Of a stretch of DNA of 64,000 nucleotides, positions 1 to 12,192 are shown piece after piece. Position numbers and translations under genes: made by a program. This DNA is from Mytilus trossulus (Eukaryota), in contig NC_086378.1 in NCBI RefSeq assembly GCF_036588685.1, positions 67,642,001 to 67,706,000 on the forward strand. The letters are read 5' to 3'. Under the pieces are notes generated by a model that was not told the DNA's origin, did not search any database, and worked only from the letters and a program-made list of their open reading frames with translations. Position 1 is the first letter of the stretch. Every line of letters begins with the position of its first letter.

Positions 1-679
1 AATGGTGAACAAAACAGACATATTAGGTGAAATTGTCAAATTAGCGGTACAGTAGTCATCACTCTGTCACAAACTCTAAACAAACAAATATTTAACAAAG
101 AAGCAAAAAAATGCGACCATCAAATTTAACAACTACATGCATTGCTTCGCGTGTTTGACGTCTGAATTTGTAAACGTCACACAAGAAGAAATATAAAATA
201 ATTTTGTCGTTCTCAGTATATTAAAAAAAAAACACATGGGGAATGGTGGTATACAGGGTTAAAAATCAAAAGTGTTCTTATAACTAACCTAAGTAAAAGA
301 CCAAGATTTAAAATTATCCACACTTCTTTCAAATTTCATAATTAAGAATTCACATAAATTTGTTTATGTTTAATACCAGGGCGCGAGTAAAATAGTATTG
401 TCGTTCAAAGTATTTTTAAAATTATAATAGAAAAATAACATAATTGCGGGATCTATAAAATTGTAGAGTCACGTCATATGTAACAACAAACACTAAAAGT
501 CACACGTACAAAACACGCCAGCAAAAATGAAAAATAATACAAAAACATTGACGGGGTGTATAGGTACCGAGCCACGTAAAATGGATATCACACTGAGAAA
601 ACAGACCAAACAGTAAAAGTAATATAAATTATAGAGATGGCAGATTATTCCGTCACTTCTTGAGTCGTGTAGTGTGTAT

Positions 680-834
680 AGATTATCGGGTTTTCTACAC
701 ATCTTAAAATATGAGCCGCGAGCCACAATGTGAACCTTTTTGGCGAGTGAGCGTAGCGAACGAGCTAAAAAGTTTCACATTGTGTCGAGCGGCTGATATT
801 TTACGATATCTATACATAGGAAACCCGATTATCT
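680..834. repeat. Long hairpin (foldback) repeat of the same design as 56901-57067
   Basis: AGATTATCGGGTTT...CACAATGTGAA-ttttt...GAGCGTAGCGAA...aaaaa-TTCACATTGTG...AAACCCGATTATCT. Confidence 0.7.
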
Positions 835-1303
835 GTTTATCGTTCTATTAATGGTATTTTTTCCTCTCCCTAAGAAAGTTTTACGCTTGACGAAAGCAAG
901 CTTGATAACGTCTCCTCTCGCATTGTGACGCCGCTGATAACTTCTTCTCTCACATTGTGATGTCGCTGATAATGCCTGGTCTCGTTTTGAAGTCTTGATA
1001 CGAGAATTACTGAGCGACAGAGCAGGGTGATATAGGCGTAGGGAAGGACGATAAATTGAAATACACGTAAGCAAATCATATACAAATGCTTACAGTATAT
1101 ATAAATTTTATTTACCGTAATAAAAACTATATAAAATCCATTTGATATGATTAAATAGAGATGTGGTATTAGCGCCATTCTATATGACGAAATAAGCGAT
1201 GATTGGTTCAATATTTTATATATTGGTCATGTGGTTAATAAAAATCCTTTATATTTATTGATTTAAACCCACCTTTAAATGATGTATTTATTTTTAATTC
1301 CAG

Positions 1304-1630
1304 ACTTTGCATTTTAACGATGTGTTTGGTGAACCAGATGGAGTCCATAGTATTGATTGTGTGTGGAAATTATCTGCTAAATGTTTTGACTGCTGGAAGC
1401 TTCTAACCTACAACTTGTTGACAATATTTTATGGCATCTGTATTGCAGCTGAGTGGGGATGCGAGTTCGCCTATATTGCGTTCTGGCATATATGGATTAT
1501 TTCACCGTTTATGAAGATTTTTGAAATTAACTGCGGACTTTGTCAGAGAATATATGCTTCCTGCGTTAATTGTTGTATTGTACCATGGTGTGAGGCATGT
1601 GGTGCCATATTCCATGCATTCAAACGATAA
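1304..1630 (+). CDS. Caveolin family protein, terminal coding exon (upstream exons not identified in window)
   Basis: Pyrimidine tract + AG acceptor (tttaattccag|ACT) at 1302-1303. Reads TLHFNDVFGEPDGVHSIDCVWKLS..., matching the caveolin signature FEDVIAEPxGxHSxDxxW, then a hydrophobic hairpin (LLTIFYGICIAAEWGCEFAYIAFWHIWIISP) and a Cys-rich C-terminus. Stop TAA at 1628-1630. Confidence 0.92.
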   Translation, partial: TLHFNDVFGEPDGVHSIDCVWKLSAKCFDCWKLLTYNLLTIFYGICIAAEWGCEFAYIAFWHIWIISPFMKIFEINCGLCQRIYASCVNCCIVPWCEACGAIFHAFKR

Positions 1631-4600
1631 ACAACCAATCTTAATAAGGATTTGGTCAAAGACTTTGGAGACAATAAATATATTGTTTTGTTCTACACAA
1701 AGACATTATGTTCATTTTATAATTTGATAATAATGAGATACTTTTAAATGTTTGATTAATCTTTACATGTTTAAAGATTTAACATGTAAAATGTACGTGA
1801 AGATTAATGAATAATTTTTAAAAATAAGTTGTTGTTAGATGATACAATTTATTCAATAAACAAGCTTTCAATGTCACAATTTGAAATACAGTATGATTTT
1901 GCTTTAATTCGAATAATACAGGCGGGAACATTATTTATGTATCCATTTGATTTTAGTACAACGCGGATTTGTAAATCAACGTGTATAAAGTGTTCCTCTT
2001 TCAAGATTTGTTATGCAAATAATTTTCGCTTGCTTGATATCTAGTATCAAGTAGAATCTAGAACTATAATATCAGTCTACTGCCACTGAAAACAATTAGC
2101 TTGAACCCCAGTGGTCCTTACCCCTGAGAGATAAGAGAGACATTTTTGTTTATGAACATAGAACTTTCGCTATATGAGGCATTTAATTCCACATTCCCAT
2201 TTGAGGCTGGACGCAGCTGCGAATTCAAAAATCTCTTACAGTCATAAGGGCGTAATTTATTTGCAGGATTTTTAGTGCTGGGGAGAAGTCATGCGATCAC
2301 GAGAAAAACTGTCTGTATTCCTGTCAACCTTAAAGTGTAGAAAACCGAAAATAAAGTTGATGTACCGTTTGTCTATTTCGAAATTAGTCCGCATAGCCAG
2401 AAATTAGTAGTGGTTTAGCTAATTAATATTCATAGTATGTAAATGAGAATTGTACCACGTGATAGTAGTTTGAACTGGACTGGCTTGATAGGCTTTATAT
2501 CATTAAAAGCTTTAAAACACGGATATTATAAGTTGCCCGTCACAGAATCCTTATTTACCATCACTTTGATATTTCCGGAAAGTTGTCAGGCGGTCAAAAT
2601 CAAAACAATGAACGCGAATTTAGTGAATTTTCCGTGTTTTCGTGAATTTATTCTTCTTGAAATAGTGACATTTTAATTTTACGTGGGAACCTAGAGTTCA
2701 ACGACTACACATTCAAGGTTTGGACTTGCTTATTCTTTGGAAATTCAAGTTTCAAATTTCACCCCGGCAACCTGTTTTTGTAAAGGCCTTGTAAGTTAAT
2801 TTTCAACACGAAGTTTGCAAATCTGACGTTTCAGCCATTTTAGCCTGTATTTTACACTGCAATGTTAAAGGCCTCTCGCTTCGATTTTTAAAATAGCTCA
2901 GGAACCTGTATTTTTGCAACAACAGTCATTATGTTTCGTTTAAATGGTGTATATTGTTGTGTATATTCATTTTCTGCCCCGGCAACCTGTCTATCACCTA
3001 AATTAAAATTATAACAGACATTTTTTTCAAAATTCCCTAACATTTTAATGTCATTTCCGTGACCCGTATCCGATTTCTTTAGTATAATATTCAAATAAGC
3101 AAAGTGGCGTTGATTTCTGGATATGGCGAAAAGTGAAACTCGAAACCATATTCACTAGTCGTGAAGATTGATTGGTAAAACTACATGTATCATGTTTTTT
3201 TCATATTTTACAATAACTCTAATCTCCAAGTGTTTAGATGTAGATAAGACTAACAAGTATGGCAATCTTAATTTCATCTATTATAAGTCCCTGAAACCTG
3301 TGTTGGATCTTTCTTACTGTGTCATAACCAACACTTAACAGCCACGTGCAAAAAAAAATGGGAACATTAAATTTGACGCCTAGCTACGGAAGATATAGAG
3401 GCATGCTTCAGCAATATGCCGATATTTGTATCCTATAAGCTATCAGCTGGTATCTGGAACTAGGAAATATCTAACGATTTTCAGTAATTTAACTATAATA
3501 GTACTCATAATACTATTTGTATTTCTAAATATGATCATACATGTATATCAACAGATAAACGGGGTACCTATTGTTTTTCATTCATGTAAGCCTGATAATT
3601 GATCTTTATATAATGTAGAAATGTAGATTGTTAATACATCAAAAATCCAATATAACAATTTGACCAATGGTCTTAGTTGGCATGCCAACCTAATAAACAA
3701 ACAAAATTGCAATAAAAACAATTAGCATCAATGTCCGAATAAAATGTGAACATTAATTTTTACACCTTGCTACGGGAGGTATAGAGACACCCTTCAGCAT
3801 TATACCGACATTAGTATAACCTAAGCTATCTGGTACTAGGTAACAGTTATTATTGATGTAAATATTATTAATAAATAATTGATAGTCAGAAAAAAGTTTC
3901 TCCTTGATGAGATTCATAAATGTGAACGGTGATTTACCTCATATGGGAAATGACATTTAGTTTCCTCTTTCAATATGATGATACATGATTTTGTTTGTAA
4001 ATTAAACTTGGTTGTTCTTGCTGAAATGTAATTATAACAAAAGAGATATCATATCCCATTATTTTAATTTTATTACTTCGTTTATAGAGCTTTTTAGGTT
4101 TTAAATGATCTATCTAGACTTATATAGCTTGCTAGGGCCGCATTTCTTTCCGCTAACACAAACGATGCCAACGGCTAAGCGCGCTTGTTTTGTAACATAT
4201 TACGTTTTCAAAGTTTATATCAACTTTGACAAACTATTCACTCGCTAGAAATGCGTCTACAGTTTGTCGTTCATCATTCGTTAGTACAAAGACTCGTTTG
4301 TTTCTAACTTTAACCTGATTAAACGACGTATTTGTTTCTACGTACTATGTAAAAAAAAAGTCCGTTTACCAACAACATGTGCATGCATTATTGAAATTTC
4401 AAACAGGATCAGTAAACACTGACTAAACGATGTATTTGTTTCTACTTTTGTATCGTTTAGAAAACAACAATAAACGCGACACAACGTTTACAAATCCATC
4501 AAAGGTCAACTTTCACTGACAAAGTTAAAGTTTAAATTTAAGTTTTTCAATAATTTCTAAAATGTATCAGCGTTTAGTATTAAAGATATCGCGCGTGTAC

Positions 4601-4890
4601 TGTGTTTGCACAATTGAAATGATAGTAAAATGCAGAAAAACGTTTATTTGAAACAATGTTAACATATATGAAGGTATTCTTAATTGAAATTCAACAATAG
4701 GCATGTATACAGCTATAATTAATGGTATTTGAAAACAAGTCATACGTAACATGATATCTTCTAAATTGGTTCAGTAATAAGTCTGTTCCGTAATATTCCA
4801 ACATGCTCAATATTTGATGTAGAAGTGTTTTTTTCTTCAAAATAAACATTCCACACTACATGTTTGAAAGTTGTACAGTATTCCGACGTT

Positions 4891-7800
4891 TTATTTAATT
4901 ACATTTGGAACTTGACATCTATACCGGACTGGATTAGCATCAGTTGCGCACGTACAGTCACATGGAATTCCAGTACAATTGAACGGAAATGTATCTCCTG
5001 AACCATGACAATTACCATTGATATCCGTACATTCTAAATAACAAAAACAAATGCATAATCAACCGGTTTGTTGCAGATTATAGACAATAAGCATCGCAGT
5101 AGCTTCATATTTAATCACATTGATATTTGTATATTTTCGTTAGGACCGTTTTATCTATTTTTATTCCCAGGGTCCGGATTTTGTACTCTTCCTTTTCTGT
5201 ATAAAAAGCAACAATAATTTATTGCTTGCACCAAAGATGTTAAAGAATGATTAAGTAACGGATGCCAAAAAAAAAGAACAGCCTACAATGTTCGAAAAGC
5301 AGTTGTCGCCTATCAGTGACTATATATGTCGAAAACGACACTGACCATTAAACTGAAGATACGGAATAAAAGAAATCATAAACATAGGCACATTTGACTA
5401 TTCGGGTCTTATTGCTAATGGTTTGAGTAAACTCAGCATAGATACAACTATTGAAACTTTAATCGCCATACGCGAGTTTCGTCTAGTGACACCCGATTCA
5501 AGAAAAAACACACATTTAGCTTCAAGCTCCCGTTGTATTGGAAAAATAAAATTTGTGAACGAATGAATCTGTTTTTATAATTTTAATGGACTATCGGAAA
5601 AAAATAAACGTTTGTTATTGTTATGGTTAAGTGTTGAACTTCGCCGTTATAGATATTTTGAGGTTGTACTTACATGAGCAGCGCCAATGGTGCTTCATGT
5701 TGAACAAAATCGGAGCACAAGAGATCACCCTCGCTTTTTGTAATTGTTAGTGTAGCTCAGTCTTTAAGGTCGTACCTTGACCTATATTGGTTTACTTTTA
5801 TAATTTTTTATTTAGTAGGAGAGTTGTCTCATTGACACTCATACCACATCTTCCTATATCTATTTAGTTTTCTACATGGTGTGTTTTATGTACTATATTT
5901 CTTTAAGTCGTTTGATGACATGACATTGTTGGTTTGATTTTGACTTTAAAAGAATTTCAATGTCTCTCTAATATCGTTATCATACCAGACACCTGTAGTT
6001 ATGAGCAGCGTTTAATGTAAGAATCCATAAGAGGTAACAAATGGAGATTAACATTTAAAAATGTCTGCACAATCCTTATTAGGAATATGATAAGGATCAT
6101 GATTATCCTAATGGCGACATTTCTTAGGCTAGTGTATCAGAGTTACCATATAAAGTGAAAGGAAATGTTAAAATCTGTTGATATATCTCACCTTGTCGTA
6201 TTCTAATTGGTTCACAAATGTATGTTCCATTACTATTAACTACTTTACATGTGTAAGTACCACATTTCTCTACCCATTCTTGACCCTTTTCAAAACATTT
6301 ATCACCATGTTCGCAGCCTACAATAATTATTTATATCATTTGAATAAATGATTCGATTTAAAAATTTTAACCTAAAGCTATTTATAAGTTTTGTGACGAG
6401 TTAGAATTGGATATCGCTTGATATCACATAAGTTGTGAATCTCCAATTTGGCTCATTTATTATTATATCAAACTGGGTTAAATAAGCCGAGATGATACCA
6501 AAATTAATATAATTTTCGTATGAAAATAATTACTATCTCGAAATATTCGCGATACACATAGATTTGTTCAACTAATAATGTTTTCTTGAATGTAGGCAGA
6601 TTCCTATTCAAGGGAGGCGAAGGATAAGAAAGGTACATTCAAACTCTTAAATCAGAAAAAAAAAACTGACATTGCCATGACAAAAATAACACGTATCCTA
6701 CTTAAAACCAACGGGGAATCTTAGTTGCACCGGTAAAGCAAGCAGATTCAGATATTGTACCGATAATTCTTTGATTCCCATGTATATCGAAAAAAAGAAT
6801 CGATATAATTTACAATCAGAAATCTCTTCAGTATAGACCAAATGACACATATGTTTACAACTATAAGTCACTTTACGGCATTCGACAATGAACCAAACCG
6901 CATAGTAAGCTATAAATAGCCACGAAATGACAGATTCAAAGGAGAAAAACTAACGTTTTATAATATATGTATTTTCTTTTATTAAAAACGATAAAATATG
7001 ATTATGTCAGCAAAACATTAAGAAAGATTATCGGTCATCGATTGGCACGGCTTATCTTTAAACCACACACATTCTGTCATAAAAAAAATTGATGGTAAAA
7101 GAGGGACAAATATACCAGAGTGACAGTTAAACTCATAGATTGAAAATAAACTGACAACGCCATGGTTTAATTAAAAAGACAAATATGCAACTAATAGCAC
7201 AGATGACACAACATCGAAAACTAAAGACTAAGCAACAGGAACCCCATCAAAAACTGAGGGTAATCTCATGTGCTCTGCAAGGGTAATCGTCTATTCCGTT
7301 GTTTTTTGGGTTTTTTTCTTGTTTTTTTTTTTTTATATAAATGTATTCTGAACTTTACTTACGGGGTACTTTTACTTCCGATATATACCATACAATATTA
7401 TTTTTAAATTTGACGTCACATTTATATGTTTGACATCCCGATTGCCATTCACTATCTATTCTGTAACAAGTACCATTGAACACACAGCCTGAAATAATAA
7501 AAATAAAGCAGCAAGATAGGTATTTTATCCCTTTTGTAGTTTTAATTTAATACATTTTTAAATAATAAGTCATGATGAAGCCAGTTTTCGCTGGCGAGAC
7601 GTTAAAGAGTTAAATCGTTATCAGTCAATCAAATGTATTATGATTAGCACAAAGCAAACACAATTACTGTCTAGTTGATGCTTGACATAATATGATGATT
7701 AAAAAGCTGATATTTTCATTTATAATTGATCTTCATCACAATATACGTTGAATAAAATTTTATGACTAGTTTTAGATTTCCTCTGACCAAAAGTGTAAGG

Positions 7801-10800
7801 AGTTACTGAATATTAAATCATAATAATTGTAGTTGATCCTTGAAGTTCTAATGCTGTATGTAAGACATTTATTTAATTCTTCTTGCTCCGGCTTCAATAC
7901 TGAAGAATGCATGTAGTTGCTCATGCGTGATCGACAAAACTTTATACAAATTCATAAAAAAAATGATAACAATTTAGGTATTTGTAGATACAGGTTGTGG
8001 TTAGAAATATGTTTTGTTTTCATTTTTTTTTTTATTGCATTTGTTTATTTAAGGCTAGAAACAACAGCTGATGTTAGCTGATCTCTAAAGATGTCAACAG
8101 AGGTGATTTCAATAATAATTTGAGGTAGCAAGTTCCAAATTATAATTGTCCGTGTAAGTATGACCATTTGTATGTGCCCTGGAAGTTTGTATATGTCTGT
8201 GTGTCACAGTGGAAAAATGGACAAAAATTGATTTTGAGACTTTTTGGACATTTTGTTAAAGATTTTGTAAAACCAATGTTTTTGTTATATTTGCAATGTT
8301 TCACTAGGCATTTTGATATTTTTATTGTGCAACATTTAAGTCAAGATTAGAAGATTAAGCTAATCTAATTTCAAGTTTTAATTTGTTTTTCAATTAGCGA
8401 CATTTTACTTCAAAATGATCTATTATTCGTAAATGTTTAATCCCATAAATAAGTCCGTATGTTCTATTGTTAATTATCATCTATGTGCATTTTCCTGTAA
8501 TCCGTTAATTGAATTTTCTCACTCATTTGGAGAAATATTTGTCAAGTCTATTCAAGTAGTTTTGGTTTGTTATATAAACTATGTTGTTATTTTGATGTGG
8601 CAGATTGGATTTAGTATAACACTGAGCAGTTCCAACTCTGTACAATTGTATTCCATGCTGAACTTATTAAATAATACATCGCGCTAACCAGAGTCGTCTT
8701 TTGTTACAAGAGCTAGTCCCAGAGTAACAGTCCGTGCAGACGTGTCGTACTGTTTATTGTGTGTGTGGTTCCAGACCAACACATTTCCCAGTCACAGATA
8801 CACCCAGAATTTATTTGTGACATTTGGTGCCAGGTCCGGGTCGTGTTGACTTTTCAGCTCAACACGCTTTCCTGATACCTCAAAGCAGCAAGCGAGTTAC
8901 CAGTTCCCCAGAGACGTACATATACATGTAGTAGATTTGCAGTGATGGAATACAACTTCAGGTCACAGTGGAGACCATGGTTTTTCCAGATGCGTCAGAT
9001 TCCAGCGTGCGCCAGATGTGGAAATCAGCATAGACAAACATTTTGTTATGCAGCAAGTAAGAAATGTTTTAAATGTAATCACGTAGGACATTACGCCCGA
9101 ATGTGTGTCTTTCGATCTAACCAGGAAATTCAACAGTGTAAAGATGTGCCCCAGATCAGAACCAAATCAAAATCGCAAAAGGATAGAGATGCTAGACGTA
9201 TAAAGGAATATTTCGATTCAAAATCATTTACCCGTAGTTTGCCGTTTGCTAATCTGCGTGATTCTGCATTCAAAAGTTATTTGGACTCTACAAGTATACT
9301 GAAATGTGAATTAACGTGTGTTAAAAAGAAACTTTCAAAAGTGCAGAAAAAAGGTGCAAGTCAGGCAGCTGAAATCTTGAATTTACGAGAACAGTTACGT
9401 CATTTACAAAGTGTGGCAATCGAAAATGAAAAGCTACGTGCAGATGTTCTAAGCTTACAAGACAACCAGAAAAGACAATCCGTTAATGAAGACAACTGTC
9501 AAAACCACGTTAAACGCATAAATGATTTGGAATTATACCTTCAAACAAAAACTGATTTTATTTACGACATCCAACAAAAATATGAAGAAATATCTACAGG
9601 AAAGAGACAGCTTTTTAATGAAATTTCCATTTAACATTTCAAAGAGGACGAGTATTACAATCAAATTTTAGAACTAAATATCAAATTAAAAGCAATTGAA
9701 TGCGAAAAAGAACAATTACAATCCGCGCTAAACCAAAGGACCGTTTACGTGAACCAGAACCAAGCCAGAACTTTTCAACCGCAATTTGAACATTTGCGTT
9801 AATTCTATTCGAAGCACGGGGTCGTGCTTCAGTGGGAGAAGAGGCATGTTGTCACAGTGGAAAAATGGACAAAAATTGATTTTGAGACTTTTTGGACAAT
9901 TTGTTAAAGATTTTGTAAAACCAATGTTTTTGTTATATTTGCAATGTTTCACTAGGCATTTTGATATTTTTATTGTGCAATATTTAAGTCAAGATTAGAA
10001 GATTAAGCTAATCTAATTCCAGGTTTTAATTTGTTTTTCAATTAGCGACATTTTACTTCAAAATTATCTATTATTCGTAAATGGTTAATCCCATAAATAA
10101 GTCCGTATGTTCTATTGTTAATTATCATCTATGTGCTTATTTTTCTGTAATCCGTTAATTGAATTTTCTCACTCATTTAGAGAAATATTTGTCAAGACTA
10201 TTCAAGTAGTTTTGGTTTGTTATATAAACTATATTGTTATTTTGATGTGGTAGATTGGATTAAGTATAACACTGAGCAGTTCCAACTCTGTACAATTGTA
10301 TTCCATGCTGAACTTATTAAATAATACATCGCGCTAACCAGAGTCGTCTTTTGTTACAAGAGCTAGTCCCAGAGTAAGAGTCCGTGCAGACTTGTCGTAC
10401 TGTTTATTGTGTGCGTGTGTGGTTCCAGACCAACACATTTCCCAGTCACAGATACACCCAGAATTTATTTGTGACATGTGTATGGTTTTGTCTTGTTCTG
10501 CTGTCTGCTTGCTCAAGAATGGCTACAAAGACAGTGTATTAATTTATAAAAAAAACATTCAATTTCGAATGAATCAAACAACAGCGAAACTCTAAACCAG
10601 TGAATCAGTCTTTTCTAAAGTTAACTTACCTGAATTAACTGTTATAAGTGTATCATTTTGGCAAATATATCTTTGACATGGCCGAGTAGGATGATCCAAA
10701 ACTTGTCCTTCCATCAAATCACCTATTTCGTTGTCGTGACATGTTGCTGTTTTAACAAAAAAAGGCTGATCATATATTCTGCTTATTCAACATATTATTA

Positions 10801-12192
10801 CTCGTTAATATGATATAGAAATGTATAGTGATTTTTTTTAAATCAAATTGAAAACAGGTGTATTTATTTTTAAAGATACAGTAAAGATATAAATACCGGA
10901 CAACACAGTATTCATTATTGACTTTTGAAATAGCGTCAAGTGTAAGAAGTCGTCTTAGCATAATTTGACTTTTTGCGTTTCTACAATTCAATAATCAGTC
11001 ATTTGACTGCAAAATCTAGTTTTTTCTAAGATTACACGTTATTGTGAAATATCATTTGGACGTACTGGTGATACTATATCGCGTGTATATGTTCCGGACC
11101 ATATGAGTATCTGGACCATACGCGTATGGTCGGACCGTACGCGTATGGTCGGGGTAATGAACACGATTACTTTTAAACTCTTCATTAGGGTGTGACCCTT
11201 CTGGATGTTACGTCACTAAAATGTCATTTTCTTATATATTAAAAAAAATAATTAAAAAAAACAGTTTCACACAGTTAATATTACTTATTATTTGTAAGTA
11301 CAATTATAAGAAAATGTCAAAATCAAATGAACATATTGTAAAAGGAATTTTATTGTGTAAAGTAGGTGACATCACCGGCAAGGATCATGATATTTTTTAA
11401 AAGATCATGATATTTTTAAAGACATTTTTTATAAGTAAAATATTAAAAATGTATGTTTCTTTATTTTCTTCTATTCTTTATTTCTAAACTTCTATTTTAA
11501 TCTTAATTATAAGACCGGTATAATAGCATTTAAGAACCATGAAATAGTTACTGCCTTTATTTAATTTGATCTGCGACATTCATTTTACGATATTAGAGAT
11601 CTAGAGTTTCTTGAAAACACCGTAGACACATCGGAATTCTCACTGTACGCAGCCAAAACAAGCAATCGCAGAAAAGCTTCATGTATGGTACCGTGTGAAT
11701 GTCATTCTACGTATACAAAAGCATACACGAATACAATTAGCGATGAAAACTAAGATCAACTGACTGTGGCATCAATATTTAATGTTTATGTAGCTTTTGA
11801 AATGTAAAATTAATACATTTTTTTTGAAACACATTTGTTTTTAAGATAAAGTTTATTGTATTATTTCTATTGTATATTTGAAAAAATACCTATATGGTCC
11901 AAATACTCATATGGTCCGGCCCGTTAATAACCAAATGAGTATAATACTCATATGGTCCGACCATACGCGTACGGTCGGACCATACGCGTATGGTCGGACC
12001 ATATGAGTATACGTATATGGTCATGACCATACGCGTATGGTCCAAATACTCATATGGTCCGGAACATATATACATGCAGATAAAGCAAGAGACAAGGGTA
12101 TGGGGGTGAAGGTTTACTATTTTTGGTGTTTTACCTCCAGTCTGTGAAATCCAGGATGCGATAGCTACCAAAAAGAAGAATGCTTTCGACAT
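4891..12192 (-). CDS. Secreted cysteine-rich protein, 189 aa, with four Fn1/vWC-like modules; 5 coding exons: 12135-12192, 10630-10746, 7363-7488, 6192-6317, 4891-5033
   Basis: All introns are GT-AG and phase 1, and the spliced frame is open: MSKAFFFLVAIASWISQTGA-TCHDNEIGDLMEGQVLDHPTRPCQRYICQNDTLITVNSG-CVFNGTCYRIDSEWQSGCQTYKCDVKFKNNIVWYISEVKVPR-CEHGDKCFEKGQEWVEKCGTYTCKVVNSNGTYICEPIRIRQE-CTDINGNCHGSGDTFPFNCTGIPCDCTCATDANPVRYRCQVPNVIK*. N-terminal signal peptide; repeated C-x5-C-(Y/F)-x5-W-x3-C-x2-Y-x-C spacing in exons 3 and 4. Confidence 0.85.
8202..8822 (+). repeat. 5' LTR (621 bp)
   Basis: TG...CA termini with a 7-bp terminal inverted repeat; about 98% identical by eye to 9850-10476. Confidence 0.92.
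8945..9634 (+). CDS. Gag-like nucleocapsid ORF: two zinc knuckles plus coiled coil; the frame stays open past the TAA to 9802
   Basis: CARCGNQHRQTFC (CX2CX3HX4C) and CFKCNHVGHYARMC (CX2CX4HX4C), then a heptad-rich helix. 55 further in-frame sense codons (HFKEDEYYNQILELNIKLKAIECEKEQLQSALNQ...EHLR*) follow the stop at 9632-9634. Confidence 0.8.
   Translation: MEYNFRSQWRPWFFQMRQIPACARCGNQHRQTFCYAASKKCFKCNHVGHYARMCVFRSNQEIQQCKDVPQIRTKSKSQKDRDARRIKEYFDSKSFTRSLPFANLRDSAFKSYLDSTSILKCELTCVKKKLSKVQKKGASQAAEILNLREQLRHLQSVAIENEKLRADVLSLQDNQKRQSVNEDNCQNHVKRINDLELYLQTKTDFIYDIQQKYEEISTGKRQLFNEISI
9850..10476 (+). repeat. 3' LTR (627 bp)
   Basis: Direct repeat of 8202-8822, followed by the TSD TGTG. Confidence 0.92.
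11088..12068. mobile_element. MITE with long terminal inverted repeats built from palindromic GACCATACGCGTATGGTC units; probable TA TSD
   Basis: Left end TATGTTCCGGACCATATGAGTATCTGGACCATACGCGTATGGTC is the near reverse complement of the right end GACCATACGCGTATGGTCCAAATACTCATATGGTCCGGAACATA; TA flanks on both sides; AT-rich non-coding interior. Confidence 0.85.

Larger units (their letters stand above)
8202..10476 (+). mobile_element. Intact-ended non-autonomous LTR retrotransposon (Ty3/Gypsy-like, pol-less), 2275 bp, in intron 2 of the Cys-rich gene
   Basis: Direct repeats at 8202-8822 and 9850-10476, each TGTCACA...TGTGACA. 4-bp TSD TGTG (8198-8201 and 10477-10480). PBS-like TGGTGCCAGG 2 nt after the 5' LTR. 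Purine tract AGTGGGAGAAGAGG just before the 3' LTR. One internal zinc-knuckle ORF. Confidence 0.93.

Noticed and set aside
3128-3147. ISRE-like GAAAAGTGAAACTCGAAACC
   Set aside because: Not near any identified 5' gene end (it lies between two convergent 3' ends); likely chance or repeat-borne
8168-9998. Duplicated ORFs 8168-8350 and 9786-9998 as paralogous genes
   Set aside because: They are chance translations of the two LTRs
11890-12134. 100-aa ORF 11890-12192 as a single-exon gene
   Set aside because: Only the first 58 nt (signal peptide) are exonic; the rest reads through a GTAAAA donor into intron and MITE sequence
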